This document shows, piece after piece, positions 1 to 8,410 of a DNA stretch of 20,000 nucleotides. Position numbers and translations under genes: made by a program. Every line of letters begins with the position of its first letter. Positions within the stretch are counted from its first letter, which is position 1. The stretch lies in IMG/VR virus record IMGVR_UViG_3300010383_000006; one strand, 5' to 3'. The DNA comes from an uncultured virus (IMG/VR IMGVR_UViG_3300010383_000006) (Duplodnaviria > Heunggongvirae > Uroviricota > Caudoviricetes). The notes beneath the pieces were generated by a model. It did not search any database. It was not told the DNA's origin and saw only the letters and a list, made by a program, of their open reading frames with translations.

Positions 1-11
1 CGCCGCAGGCG

Positions 12-254
12 GTGAAAGACGTGATCCACAAATGGATCGACGCCGCCAATTCCACCATCGAACTCTTGTCGATGCCTGACCTGCAAGAGGATTACGCCTC
101 GGCTGGATTCGATATGTCGATCTTCGCACTGGCCAGTGTCCATGCGCCATTGCTCGACGGCCCCAAGGACATGGAGGCGCTGCTTGAACGATTCCGCGAG
201 GCCCTGATCCGGCAGAACCAAGTTTTCCACCAAACCCCATCGAGGACCAACTAA
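12..254 (+). CDS. Hypothetical phage protein, probably 5'-truncated by the window edge
   Basis: Frame is open back to position 3. Its TAA (252-254) overlaps the next ATG (TAATG coupling). Confidence 0.65.
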   Translation: MKDVIHKWIDAANSTIELLSMPDLQEDYASAGFDMSIFALASVHAPLLDGPKDMEALLERFREALIRQNQVFHQTPSRTN

Positions 255-1228
255 TGAAGAATGATTTTTCTTGGTATCTAAACGCGCTCAAGGGTGTGCG
301 CGGTCCGATCACGGCGGATGATCCGGAGCCTGGTTTCTATGAGAGCCGGTTCAAGAACCGCGACACCGGCAAGGTGACGCGCTCGATCGTGGCCTACTGG
401 CATGATTCCAACGATGGCGGCCTGCGTTGCCACAAGAACGGCCGCGACGTCGACGATCTCGCCGCCCGCGAGATGTGGCCCTACGCCTCGAAATACCCGA
501 TCACCGAGGAAACCTATCACGCCGTGCGCGCGGGCAAGCCGTGGCCGGACGTGGATGGCACCGTCGATGCTGCGACCGAGGATGACGGCACCAAGTCAGA
601 GGCCGAGAAACTGGTCGATAAGATCAAGGCGGCCAAGGCCAACGTCCCGCTCTACACCAAGATCGATTCCGACGAACTGTCGGCCAAGGCGCAGTCGCTG
701 CGCTCCGAACTGACGGCGCTCGCCGGCCGGCTCGACAAGGAACGTGAGGCGCTGGTGCGGCCGCATATCGATGCCCAGCGCGACATCAACGGCGCGTGGA
801 ATCCCCACATCAAGGAAGCCAAGGATCAGGCCACCTTGATCCGCAAGGCGCAGGAGAAGTGGGAGGATGACAAGCGGGAGGCTGCGCGGCGCGCACAGGA
901 CGAATTAGATCGACAGGCCGAGGAAGCACGGCGGAAACTTGAAGCCGCCCAAGCCGACGGCAAGCCTGCACCAGTCGATGACGCACCCCCGCCCCCCCCG
1001 CAGTCGAACATGCCCGCGCCCTCGACCCAGATCAGGGGCGGCACCCGTCGCGCGGCCTCGGTCAGCGTCTGGCACGAGGCCGAAATCACCGACCAGGATG
1101 CGGTTTATCAGCACTTCAAGACCGATGCGGCGGTGAAAAACCTGCTCCGGCAACTGGCGCAGAACGCCACCAACGCGGGCATCACGGTGCCGGGCGTTGT
1201 CACCCATGAGCGGAGCAAAGTGCGATGA
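254..1228 (+). CDS. Phage protein with aromatic-rich N-terminal domain and long coiled coil, upstream of recT (Gam/Gp157-like architecture is only a guess)
   Basis: 324 aa, GAGG RBS at 242-245, coupled at both ends. Heptad-like Ala/Glu/Lys/Arg region, Pro-rich linker, C-terminal 'AGITVPGVVTHE'. Confidence 0.8.
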   Translation: MKNDFSWYLNALKGVRGPITADDPEPGFYESRFKNRDTGKVTRSIVAYWHDSNDGGLRCHKNGRDVDDLAAREMWPYASKYPITEETYHAVRAGKPWPDVDGTVDAATEDDGTKSEAEKLVDKIKAAKANVPLYTKIDSDELSAKAQSLRSELTALAGRLDKEREALVRPHIDAQRDINGAWNPHIKEAKDQATLIRKAQEKWEDDKREAARRAQDELDRQAEEARRKLEAAQADGKPAPVDDAPPPPPQSNMPAPSTQIRGGTRRAASVSVWHEAEITDQDAVYQHFKTDAAVKNLLRQLAQNATNAGITVPGVVTHERSKVR

Positions 1229-2631
1229 CCGGGAAAACCGTCGAAATCTTCAAGGGCGAAATCCTGCCGCCCGCCAAGGCCGAAGAACTCTGGACCTCCC
1301 TCCCGGCCCAGATCAAGCCCGCCGTGTTCGAGCGCAATCTGATGAACGCGCTGATGGCGAATCCCGATCTGATGAACTTTGACGCCCGGCTGGTCTATCG
1401 CGAGGTCGCCAAGGCGGCGGCGCTGGGCCTGCTGCTCGACCCCATCTTGGGCGAGGGCTATCTGGTCACGGCCTACAATTACAAGTCCAAGCGCGTCGAG
1501 CCGCAATTGCGGGTCGGCTACAAGGGCATGGCCAAACTCGCCCGGCAGAGCGGCAACGTGCGCAATCTCTACGCTCATGAAATCTGCCAGCTTGATCACG
1601 TCGAGGCCGACCTTGGATTCCCCAAGGTGTTCCACCACAAGCCGAAACTGTTCACCGACCGCGGCCCGATCATCGGCTATGTGGCGTTGATCACGTTCGA
1701 CGACGGCACGTTCGATTTCGAGCCGATGTCGTTGGAGGATTGCTTGGGGATCCGCGACCGCTCCGATGCATGGAAAGCCTTCAAGGAAGGAAAGATCAGG
1801 TCGACGCCGTGGTCGACCGACGAATCCGAGATGTGCAAAAAGACCGTGCTGCGGCGCCTGCTCAAGCGCCAGCAGCAGTCGCCGGAAATGGTGACGGCCC
1901 AGCGCATCGAGGATGAAGCCGAATTTCCCGAAATGAGCGGGAGCGGTCCGGCCATCCCGCGCGATTCAGGTCCGCCGTCGGCGCAGGTGGCACCGCCGCC
2001 GGAGAAACTGGCCGCGCCGGAGGCCACGCCGGAAACCAAGCCCGAGCCCGAGCCGGAAACCAGGCCCGAACCGGAGCCGGAAACGCCCCCCAGCGAGGCC
2101 GAGCAGGGCGCGATGGGCTTTGATGAGCCGGAGGAAGAACCGGAGCGCCAGCCCGAAACGATCTCGACCGCGAGCACCACGTTCCAGAGATGGGCCGACG
2201 AATACATCGCGGCGGTCGGCACCACCCGCCAGCCCGGCACCGTGTTCAAGTGGGCCGACGCCAATCACGTCGCGCTCGGCAAGATCGCGGTCGGCGCGCC
2301 TGCGATCTATGCCGGGATCAAAAAGGCCACCGAGCAGCAGTTGCAGCGCCTGCGCGGCACCTCGACGGCGCAGCCCAAACCCGCCCCCAAGGCCGAGACC
2401 AAGCCCAAAGCCTCGCGCAGCCGCAAGAAGGGTGCTGCCGAGGACGCGAGCGACCCCGAATCGGTGCTGCGCAAGATCGATGCCGAACTGGCGCGGGTCG
2501 CGAACGCCGACGATCTCGAGCAGGTATGGAACGACAAGTGCGCGCCGCTGCTCGACGATCTTTTGCCGCCGGATCGCGATGAGGCCATGGGCATCTACAC
2601 CGCTCATGAAAAGCGCCTCGGGGGAGACTGA
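1225..2631 (+). CDS. recT: RecT-family single-strand annealing protein with long C-terminal extension
   Basis: Motifs 'AAALGLLLDPILGEGYLV', 'QLRVGYKGMAKLARQSG' and 'PWSTDESEMCKKTVLRRLLK' are typical of RecT. ATGA overlap with the upstream gene. Confidence 0.92.
   Translation: MTGKTVEIFKGEILPPAKAEELWTSLPAQIKPAVFERNLMNALMANPDLMNFDARLVYREVAKAAALGLLLDPILGEGYLVTAYNYKSKRVEPQLRVGYKGMAKLARQSGNVRNLYAHEICQLDHVEADLGFPKVFHHKPKLFTDRGPIIGYVALITFDDGTFDFEPMSLEDCLGIRDRSDAWKAFKEGKIRSTPWSTDESEMCKKTVLRRLLKRQQQSPEMVTAQRIEDEAEFPEMSGSGPAIPRDSGPPSAQVAPPPEKLAAPEATPETKPEPEPETRPEPEPETPPSEAEQGAMGFDEPEEEPERQPETISTASTTFQRWADEYIAAVGTTRQPGTVFKWADANHVALGKIAVGAPAIYAGIKKATEQQLQRLRGTSTAQPKPAPKAETKPKASRSRKKGAAEDASDPESVLRKIDAELARVANADDLEQVWNDKCAPLLDDLLPPDRDEAMGIYTAHEKRLGGD
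2029..2085 (+). repeat. Imperfect 24-bp tandem repeat (about 2.4 copies) encoding PETKPEPE/PETRPEPE/PET in the RecT linker
   Basis: ccggaaaccaagcccgagcccgag / ccggaaaccaggcccgaaccggag / ccggaaacg. Confidence 0.8.
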
Positions 2632-2634
2632 CCC

Positions 2635-3093
2635 ATGAGTATCGACCTGCCGATGCGGAAGCGCCAAGGCCGCCCCGGCGAGGTCGGCCTATTCCTCGAG
2701 ACCCCCGTGTTTGATGATGATTTTGCCAACATCAAAATGGGGGCCGAGGTCCAAGTGAAGGTGACCCAGCCGCGCAGCCTCCCGCAGCACAAATTCGCCT
2801 GGGCACTCGCGAGCAAACTGGCCGAAGCCTACGATCACGCCATCAGCAAAGACGACATGATGGACATGCTGCTGGTCGAGGCGCGGCACTACCGCAAGGT
2901 CTGGGATCCGTTGCGCAAGCGGGTCGAACTGAAACCAAAGCCTACCAATTTCGCGGCGATGGATGGCGTCGCTTACACGCGCCTGCTCAAGCGCATCACC
3001 TACGTGGCCACCACCGTATTCGTCCCGGGGTTGCCCGAATCCGATCTCAAGGCCGAGATCGAGGCCATGCTGGCCCCAACCGGAGATTTCTGA
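2635..3093 (+). CDS. DUF1367/NinB(Orf)-like recombination accessory protein
   Basis: 152 aa. 'VKVTQPRSLPQHKFAWAL' and 'PKPTNFAAMD' resemble the PR(N/S)xxxHxxxxAL and (S/T)xxFxxMD motifs of DUF1367/NinB-like proteins. Directly downstream of recT with a GGGAG RBS. Confidence 0.65.
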   Translation: MSIDLPMRKRQGRPGEVGLFLETPVFDDDFANIKMGAEVQVKVTQPRSLPQHKFAWALASKLAEAYDHAISKDDMMDMLLVEARHYRKVWDPLRKRVELKPKPTNFAAMDGVAYTRLLKRITYVATTVFVPGLPESDLKAEIEAMLAPTGDF

Positions 3094-4838
3094 TGACCTT
3101 TCCCGTTGCCCGCCCGATGCTGGATGACCGCCTCGCCATTGTTGGCATCTCCGGCTCCGGCAAGACTTACGCCGCTTCCACCGCCGTCGAACTCATTCTC
3201 AAATCGAAATCGCGCGCCATCATCGTCGACCCCCTCGGGGTGTGGTGGGGTCTGCGCCTGCGCACCGACGGCATCACGCCGTCGATTTTCAACGTGGTGA
3301 TTTTCGGCGGTCCCCACGGCGATCTGCCGATCAACGAGCACTCCGGTGCGCTGATCGGGGAAGCGGTTGCGGGCATGGCCGAGTCCTGCGTCCTCGATCT
3401 CAGCCAGTTGGGCACCAAGGCGGCCGAGCGGCGGTTCATGCTGGCGTTCCTCACCGCTCTGTATCGCAAGACCACGGGCGAGCCGGTCCATTTGGTGGTG
3501 GATGAGGCCGACATGTTCGCGCCGCAGCGGCTGATGGACAAGGAAGGCGACGCCGCCAAGTTGCTCGGCATGATGGAGACGGTGGTGCGCCGCGGCCGGG
3601 TCAAGGGCTTCATCCCGTGGCTGATCACCCAGCGGCCAGCGGTGTTGTCCAAGGACGTTCTGAGTCAAGCCGACGGCCTGCTGGCGTTCAAGATGACCTC
3701 ATCGCAGGACCGGAGCGCGATCGGCGGCTGGATCGAAGGCCAGGCCGATCAGCAGCAGGGCAAAGCCATCCTTGCGTCCCTGCCGACCCTTGAACTCGGA
3801 CAAGGCGTCGTCTGGCTGCCGGGGCACGGCATCCTCGAGACAGCGCGATTCCCCACCAAGACCACCTATGATTCGTCGCGCACTCCGAAGCGCGGCGAGA
3901 CGCGCCACAGCGCCAACCTGCAGCCTTTGAACCTCGACAAGTTGCGCGAGCGGCTGGTGAAGGTGACGGTCGAGCAGGCCCAGAACGATCCGAAGGCACT
4001 CCGCGCCGAGGTCGCCGCCCTCAAGGGGGAAATTGCGAAATTGCGCAATTCGGCAAACTCCACCCCGGTGATCGACAAAAAGGCGATCGAGAAGGCGCGG
4101 CAAGAAAGTTATGCGGCAGGCATCGCGTCCGGCCGCTCCCACATCCGGGGCGTGTTGGGCGATTTCTGGCGGCAGGTCGACGCTCTCCATGAGAAATTTT
4201 CAAAAGAGGTCGATCGCCTGTGCGATCTGGCTCACGACGAAAGCTACAAGGCCACCAAATCGAACCCGGTCTCGCCAGCGGCACCCAAGCAACCCGCTTC
4301 TGCACCGGCTATCCCTGCCCCCCCCCGACCGTCGGCGGCGAGCGACGGTTATTCGGCTCCCCAGCAGCGCGTGCTCGCGTCGCTGATGTTCTGGCTGTCC
4401 ACCGGGGAGGCGGCGCCGACCCGCGAACAGGTCGCGGCGGTGGCGGGCTACGCCCCGGGCAGCGGCAATTTCAACAATATCCTCGGCTCGCTCAAAAGCC
4501 TCGACGCCGTGAGTTATCCAACCCCGGGCCGCGTCGAGTGCTTGGTGCAATACGGCCAGGCTCCCTCCCTCGCGGAGGCCCGCACCACGCTGCTGGATAA
4601 GGTGCTCGGCGGTCCTCATCGCAAGATTTTGTTGGCGATGAAAGACCTCCCCGCCCCGGCCAAGCGCGACGACATCGCACAGGAAAGCGGCTACGCCGCC
4701 GGATCGGGCAATTTCAACAATCTGCTCGGCAAGCTGCGCACCCTGTGCGTGATCGACTATCCCCAGCAAGGCTACGCCGAGATCACGGCGTGGGCCAACC
4801 ANNNNNNNNNNGGAAACGGAAATGTATATCGTCGTTGA
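3093..4838 (+). CDS. HerA/FtsK-superfamily (DUF87-type) P-loop ATPase with coiled coil and two C-terminal winged-helix-like repeats; 3' end uncertain because of the N-gap at 4802-4811
   Basis: Walker A 'GISGSGKT', Walker B 'LVVDEAD', arginine-finger-like 'RRGRVKG' and 'ITQRPA'. TGATG coupling to the upstream gene. Confidence 0.88.
   Translation: MTFPVARPMLDDRLAIVGISGSGKTYAASTAVELILKSKSRAIIVDPLGVWWGLRLRTDGITPSIFNVVIFGGPHGDLPINEHSGALIGEAVAGMAESCVLDLSQLGTKAAERRFMLAFLTALYRKTTGEPVHLVVDEADMFAPQRLMDKEGDAAKLLGMMETVVRRGRVKGFIPWLITQRPAVLSKDVLSQADGLLAFKMTSSQDRSAIGGWIEGQADQQQGKAILASLPTLELGQGVVWLPGHGILETARFPTKTTYDSSRTPKRGETRHSANLQPLNLDKLRERLVKVTVEQAQNDPKALRAEVAALKGEIAKLRNSANSTPVIDKKAIEKARQESYAAGIASGRSHIRGVLGDFWRQVDALHEKFSKEVDRLCDLAHDESYKATKSNPVSPAAPKQPASAPAIPAPPRPSAASDGYSAPQQRVLASLMFWLSTGEAAPTREQVAAVAGYAPGSGNFNNILGSLKSLDAVSYPTPGRVECLVQYGQAPSLAEARTTLLDKVLGGPHRKILLAMKDLPAPAKRDDIAQESGYAAGSGNFNNLLGKLRTLCVIDYPQQGYAEITAWANXXXXGNGNVYRR
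4802..4811. other. Assembly gap (10 N)
   Basis: Run of n. The true stop of the ATPase gene may lie in or near it. Confidence 0.99.
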
Positions 4839-5442
4839 TACTGAAAGCACCGGCCTGTTCGATTACCGCGCGCCGGCCGACGCGCCCCACCAACCCCGCA
4901 TGGCCGAGATCGCCATCCTGTTCGCCAACGCCGACCTCGAGGTCGAGCGCGAATACCGCGCGCTGATCAAGCCCGATGGCTGGGTCATGCCGCCGGAGGT
5001 CACCGAACTCCATGGCCTGACCCAAGAGATGCTGATGGAAAAGGGCGTCCCGGTGCTCGAGGCCCTGACCGTCTACAACGAGGCGATTGCCGAGGGTCGG
5101 GTGATGGCGGCGCACAACGCCCAGCACGACGCCAAGATGCTCCGCGGCGAACTGCGGCGCGCCGGATTGCCGGACCAGTTCGAGGACGCTCCGAATCTGT
5201 GCACGATGCGGACCCTCACCGACATCTGCCAGATTCCCTACGCCAACGGCCGCAAGGGCTACAAATTCCCGAAGCTGTCGGAAGCCTGCGCGTTCTTCGG
5301 CATCGAGCAGGCGGCGCAGCACAGCGCCTACAGCGACGCCATGGACTGCCTGCAACTCATGCGCCGGATGAAACAGGTCGGCGCGCTGCCCGAGGCCAAG
5401 GTGCATTACGCGAAAGCGCCTCCGGCCGGAAAGGCGGTGTGA
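4822..5442 (+). CDS. DEDDh 3'-5' exonuclease (DnaQ/epsilon-like)
   Basis: ExoI 'VVDTESTG', ExoII 'AHNAQHD', ExoIII 'HSAYSDA', plus 'CTM' and 'PKLSEAC' segments. Confidence 0.93.
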   Translation: MYIVVDTESTGLFDYRAPADAPHQPRMAEIAILFANADLEVEREYRALIKPDGWVMPPEVTELHGLTQEMLMEKGVPVLEALTVYNEAIAEGRVMAAHNAQHDAKMLRGELRRAGLPDQFEDAPNLCTMRTLTDICQIPYANGRKGYKFPKLSEACAFFGIEQAAQHSAYSDAMDCLQLMRRMKQVGALPEAKVHYAKAPPAGKAV

Positions 5443-5443
5443 C

Positions 5444-5797
5444 ATGGCAGCCAAAGCACGCCGCATCCCGAAAGGCGAGAAGTCGGCCGACACCATCGCC
5501 TACCAGAAAACCGTGATCGTGAACCTGACCCGGCGCATCGAGGATTTGGTCGAGGCCAAAGGGGCAGCGGAACAGCGCATGGCCGATCTCGAACGGCAGG
5601 TGCGATCAATCACCGAATCCCACAACAACATGCGGGAACGCCTTCGCGAGAAGGAATCCGACATCAAGCAGCGCGAAAACGAGATCGCCCGCCTCAGCGG
5701 CTACATCCAGCGCGTGCGCGAGGTGGAGCGCAAGGATGGCGAGCCGCACGAGATCGGCAACTCCGCGCCCGATCTCGCATCTCTCGTCCGCCGATGA
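5444..5797 (+). CDS. Hypothetical coiled-coil protein
   Basis: 117 aa, starts 1 nt after the exonuclease stop, heptad-like charged helix, ATGA overlap with the next gene. Confidence 0.75.
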   Translation: MAAKARRIPKGEKSADTIAYQKTVIVNLTRRIEDLVEAKGAAEQRMADLERQVRSITESHNNMRERLREKESDIKQRENEIARLSGYIQRVREVERKDGEPHEIGNSAPDLASLVRR

Positions 5798-5976
5798 GGC
5801 GCAGCCACAAAGAGGTGGCCGAACTGATCGACGCTCGCGCGCAGGATTTTTTCGCGGGCGTCATCACCGAGACGGTGTTCGAGGCATCGCTGTTCGCCCT
5901 CGGGCTGCGCGGCGAGGATCTCCGGCTCACCGTCAAAGAGTACAAACAGATCAAATTCGATAGGACTGCAAAATGA
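5794..5976 (+). CDS. Small hypothetical protein (60 aa)
   Basis: ATGA-coupled at both ends; globular-looking composition. Confidence 0.7.
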   Translation: MRRSHKEVAELIDARAQDFFAGVITETVFEASLFALGLRGEDLRLTVKEYKQIKFDRTAK

Positions 5977-6371
5977 GACTGACCGGTGCTCAAATCATGA
6001 AGGCGGTGTGCAAGCGCCGCGGCCTCACTCCCGAGGAAGTCACGGGACCCGGCCGGGGTTATCGCCTGGTCTGCGCGCGCCACGAGATCGCGTACCTGAT
6101 GAGCAAACAGGGCTATCCCAAGACTGTCATCGGACGCCGCCTCAACCGCGACCACACCACGGTCCACACCTACCTCAACCCCGATTTCCGGCGCCAGAAA
6201 TACCAGCGTTATTTGGCCAAACGAGGAAAAGGCGATGGACGAACTCAAGCCGAACCACTTCCAGAACTCGAACGTGCGTCCTCCTGCGGGCGACCCACGC
6301 TCGATGGCACAGAATATTTTGACCGTGCTGCAGTCGATGCCAGCACCCAACGAGAGGGAGAGTACACATGA
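5973..6371 (+). CDS. Stand-alone DnaA C-terminal (domain IV)-like helix-turn-helix protein
   Basis: 'ARHEIAYLMSKQGYPKTVIGRRLNRDHTTVH' matches the DnaA domain IV signature (R..AMYL....S...IG..FG.RDHTTV). No AAA+ domain. ATGA-coupled on both sides. Confidence 0.82.
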   Translation: MRLTGAQIMKAVCKRRGLTPEEVTGPGRGYRLVCARHEIAYLMSKQGYPKTVIGRRLNRDHTTVHTYLNPDFRRQKYQRYLAKRGKGDGRTQAEPLPELERASSCGRPTLDGTEYFDRAAVDASTQREGEYT

Positions 6372-6850
6372 CGACGGACACAGCGGACCTGCTGCCGAAA
6401 CCGGACCTGATCGACCAGCCGACCCCGCCGACGGTGAAGGCTCCCCTGCCACCCCGGACCCCCAGCGCGATTGAGCAGATATTCGCCCGTCATCACCCGG
6501 CGGTCATGAGCGATGAAAAGACCCCGTTCGAGGACGCCAACGGCGCGTTCAAGCGCCTGCGCGACGACAATTGGATGCTGATCGAGGAATTGCGCGCGAC
6601 CACTGCCGAGCGCGATGCCCTGCTCAAGATCAACGCCGCGCTACAGGCCGAGAAAGACACCCTCGACACCAAGCACCGCGCCACCGCCGCGCAACTGGGC
6701 GCGATCATGCAGGGGATGCGTTCGGCCGGCGACACCATCCTTGCGGTGATCCGGCAGAGTATGCAGGCGGCCGCCGAGGAACCGGGGCTGGCGATGTTCG
6801 CGCCCGACGGGGTGAAGTCCGGCAAGATCCAGACCGAGCACCGCGACTAA
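6368..6850 (+). CDS. Hypothetical protein with Pro-rich N-terminus and coiled coil; last gene of the + operon
   Basis: 160 aa, GGGAG RBS upstream, ATGA overlap. Confidence 0.75.
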   Translation: MTTDTADLLPKPDLIDQPTPPTVKAPLPPRTPSAIEQIFARHHPAVMSDEKTPFEDANGAFKRLRDDNWMLIEELRATTAERDALLKINAALQAEKDTLDTKHRATAAQLGAIMQGMRSAGDTILAVIRQSMQAAAEEPGLAMFAPDGVKSGKIQTEHRD

Positions 6851-7218
6851 GGATGCTTGCCGCGGCTTTTGCGCGCCCGCAACAGGCGCGTGATCGCCGC
6901 GACGGCCTCGCCCACTGCGCTCAGATCGCGGTGGATCTGGCCCAGCGCGCGCTCGATCGCGTCGATGTCGCGCTGCGCCTCCTGCGTCTGCAAATCGATC
7001 TTGTTGAGGGTGGTGATCAGCCACGGGGTTTGCTGGATCATCGGCTCCGGCGGCCGTCGCTCGGCACGGAATTCGCGGATGGCGGCGCGGAGCAGCGGGA
7101 GGGCCAGGAGAAGAATGATCAGAAAGGCGATGACGTTCTGCGCCGGGGGCATTGCACTGATGGTCGCAATTGCCCAGTCAGCCAATTTTCCTGAAAGCGA
7201 GCCGTCCTGAATCGGCAT
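6847..7218 (-). CDS. Single-TM plus coiled-coil membrane protein, lysis-associated candidate
   Basis: GAGGGGG RBS. Hydrophobic 'VIAFLIILLLALPLL' followed by a heptad helix and basic C-terminus. Last gene of the late operon. Confidence 0.75.
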   Translation of the reverse strand: MPIQDGSLSGKLADWAIATISAMPPAQNVIAFLIILLLALPLLRAAIREFRAERRPPEPMIQQTPWLITTLNKIDLQTQEAQRDIDAIERALGQIHRDLSAVGEAVAAITRLLRARKSRGKHP

Positions 7219-7669
7219 GATGCCCCCTCGCCAGTGCCCGATACATCGAGATCAGTTCAAAGAACGCGAGCACCGCGTAAACCCAAATTCCAATTGACGG
7301 GGGCGACCCGCGCTCCGACGAATACAGACACAACGCTGCGGCCATCTGCGCCCACACCACGGCACCGACAAACGCACCGCACGCTCGAATGATAGGCCCC
7401 ACAAACGCCCAGTGGCCATTCGCGATCAGCGCGGCGATTCGCGCCACCCCGATGATCGTATAAATTACGATGATCGTCTGTGCGGAAACGATCGTGAGAA
7501 GGTATCGGAATGATCCGCTCTCGATCGAATTTGGCCAGATGACCAGAAAAGCACCGACACCGAGCATCATGATCGTGGTCGCCAGTTCAAACAGCCGGTT
7601 CTCGAAATGCTCGACCAGCCGCCGCATCTTGAATTCCAAGGCACTCTCGAAATTCGCGATCAGGTTCAT
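7178..7669 (-). CDS. Multi-pass (about 4 TM) membrane protein; start reassigned to ATG 7669 (163 aa)
   Basis: Four hydrophobic segments. GGAAG upstream of ATG 7669. The longer 7735 start in the ORF track runs through an intergenic hairpin. Confidence 0.78.
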   Translation of the reverse strand: MNLIANFESALEFKMRRLVEHFENRLFELATTIMMLGVGAFLVIWPNSIESGSFRYLLTIVSAQTIIVIYTIIGVARIAALIANGHWAFVGPIIRACGAFVGAVVWAQMAAALCLYSSERGSPPSIGIWVYAVLAFFELISMYRALARGHHADSGRLAFRKIG

Positions 7670-7701
7670 TGTGGCTTCCACAATCTGACACCCCGGTGAG
7701 G

Positions 7702-7726
7702 GATGCCCGGAGAAATCCCGGGCATC
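7702..7726. other. Intergenic GC-rich stem-loop without a U-tract
   Basis: gatgcccgg (7702-7710) and ccgggcatc (7718-7726) are a perfect 9-bp inverted repeat with a 7-nt loop, in the spacer between two - strand genes. Confidence 0.6.
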
Positions 7727-7731
7727 AGGTT

Positions 7732-7941
7732 TCAATCGTCGGTGATCGGAGCCTGCAAGCGGTTGCGCAGCGCCTGCTCCTTGGCGAGCAGATCGGCACG
7801 CTCATCGGCGGTCAGCGTCTTGCCGTTCATGATGTCATAGGCGTTCTTGATGAACGGCCCGGCATCCTGGCCGAGTTCGTAGGCTGCCTGCGCGGCCGAT
7901 ACCGCGATCTTGATGGCGGAAATGATTTCGTCGACGCTCAC
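7732..7941 (-). CDS. Small amphipathic helical protein (69 aa) downstream of the lipoprotein
   Basis: GTG start with GGAGAG RBS; fills the space in the lysis cassette. Confidence 0.75.
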   Translation of the reverse strand: MSVDEIISAIKIAVSAAQAAYELGQDAGPFIKNAYDIMNGKTLTADERADLLAKEQALRNRLQAPITDD

Positions 7942-7953
7942 GGGCGGCTCTCC

Positions 7954-8385
7954 TTAAAGCTGGTTGATCTTGTAGGTGGTGAGGATGGCGACGGCCGCCT
8001 CGACCGCCGATTTCAGTGCGGTGTAGGCCGACACCGAGCCTTTGCCGTTCCCAGCGTCCAACTGCGCCTGCAGCGCGGTGAACTTTTCCGAGATCGTCCG
8101 GTCGGCCGCCTGCAACTGGCGCACGATCGCATTGTCTCGGCACCGGTTGGTCAGGATGTTGAACGACGTGCCCGGCGCGCACTTCGGCAGTTCGCGGTAG
8201 TTCGCGGCCGGCGCGAGATAGGCGCCGTTATAGGTCGCCCGCACGCTGTCGATCTGGTTCTGGGTGACGGTGTAGCCCGCGACCGCGCTGGCCTTGGCCG
8301 CGAGGTTGTCGATGGTATCGCAGGCCCCGAGCGGGGCGGCGAGGGCGATCACGGCAAAGGCGGCAAGGACGCGAAAGAATCGCAT
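7954..8385 (-). CDS. Lipoprotein (143 aa), spanin-like candidate; start reassigned to ATG 8385
   Basis: AGGAG RBS. Signal peptide 'MRFFRVLAAFAVIALAAP' with lipobox 'LGA-C'. Two further Cys in the mature part. Confidence 0.82.
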   Translation of the reverse strand: MRFFRVLAAFAVIALAAPLGACDTIDNLAAKASAVAGYTVTQNQIDSVRATYNGAYLAPAANYRELPKCAPGTSFNILTNRCRDNAIVRQLQAADRTISEKFTALQAQLDAGNGKGSVSAYTALKSAVEAAVAILTTYKINQL

Positions 8386-8410
8386 GGTCGGCTCCTGTGT
8401 GGTGGTGCGC

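Noticed and set aside
22..30. TGATCCACA DnaA-box-like 9-mer, with TCATCCACA near 15014
   Set aside because: Isolated copies within coding sequence, with no cluster or AT-rich unwinding region; compatible with chance.
3093..4838. ATPase as a conjugative VirB4/VirD4 or a Sir2-HerA defence system
   Set aside because: No T4SS genes, TM anchor, or sirtuin partner. The gene is translationally coupled within a phage recombination operon.
6235..6474. Alternative 79-aa ORF with a purine-rich upstream sequence (gaggaaaagg)
   Set aside because: Fully overlaps two ATGA-coupled genes in other frames and has no motif support. It cannot be excluded but is not supportable.
7702..7726. Hairpin as an intrinsic terminator
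   Set aside because: No U-tract follows the stem on the - strand and only a short, displaced ttt on the + strand, so it is kept as an unspecified stem-loop.
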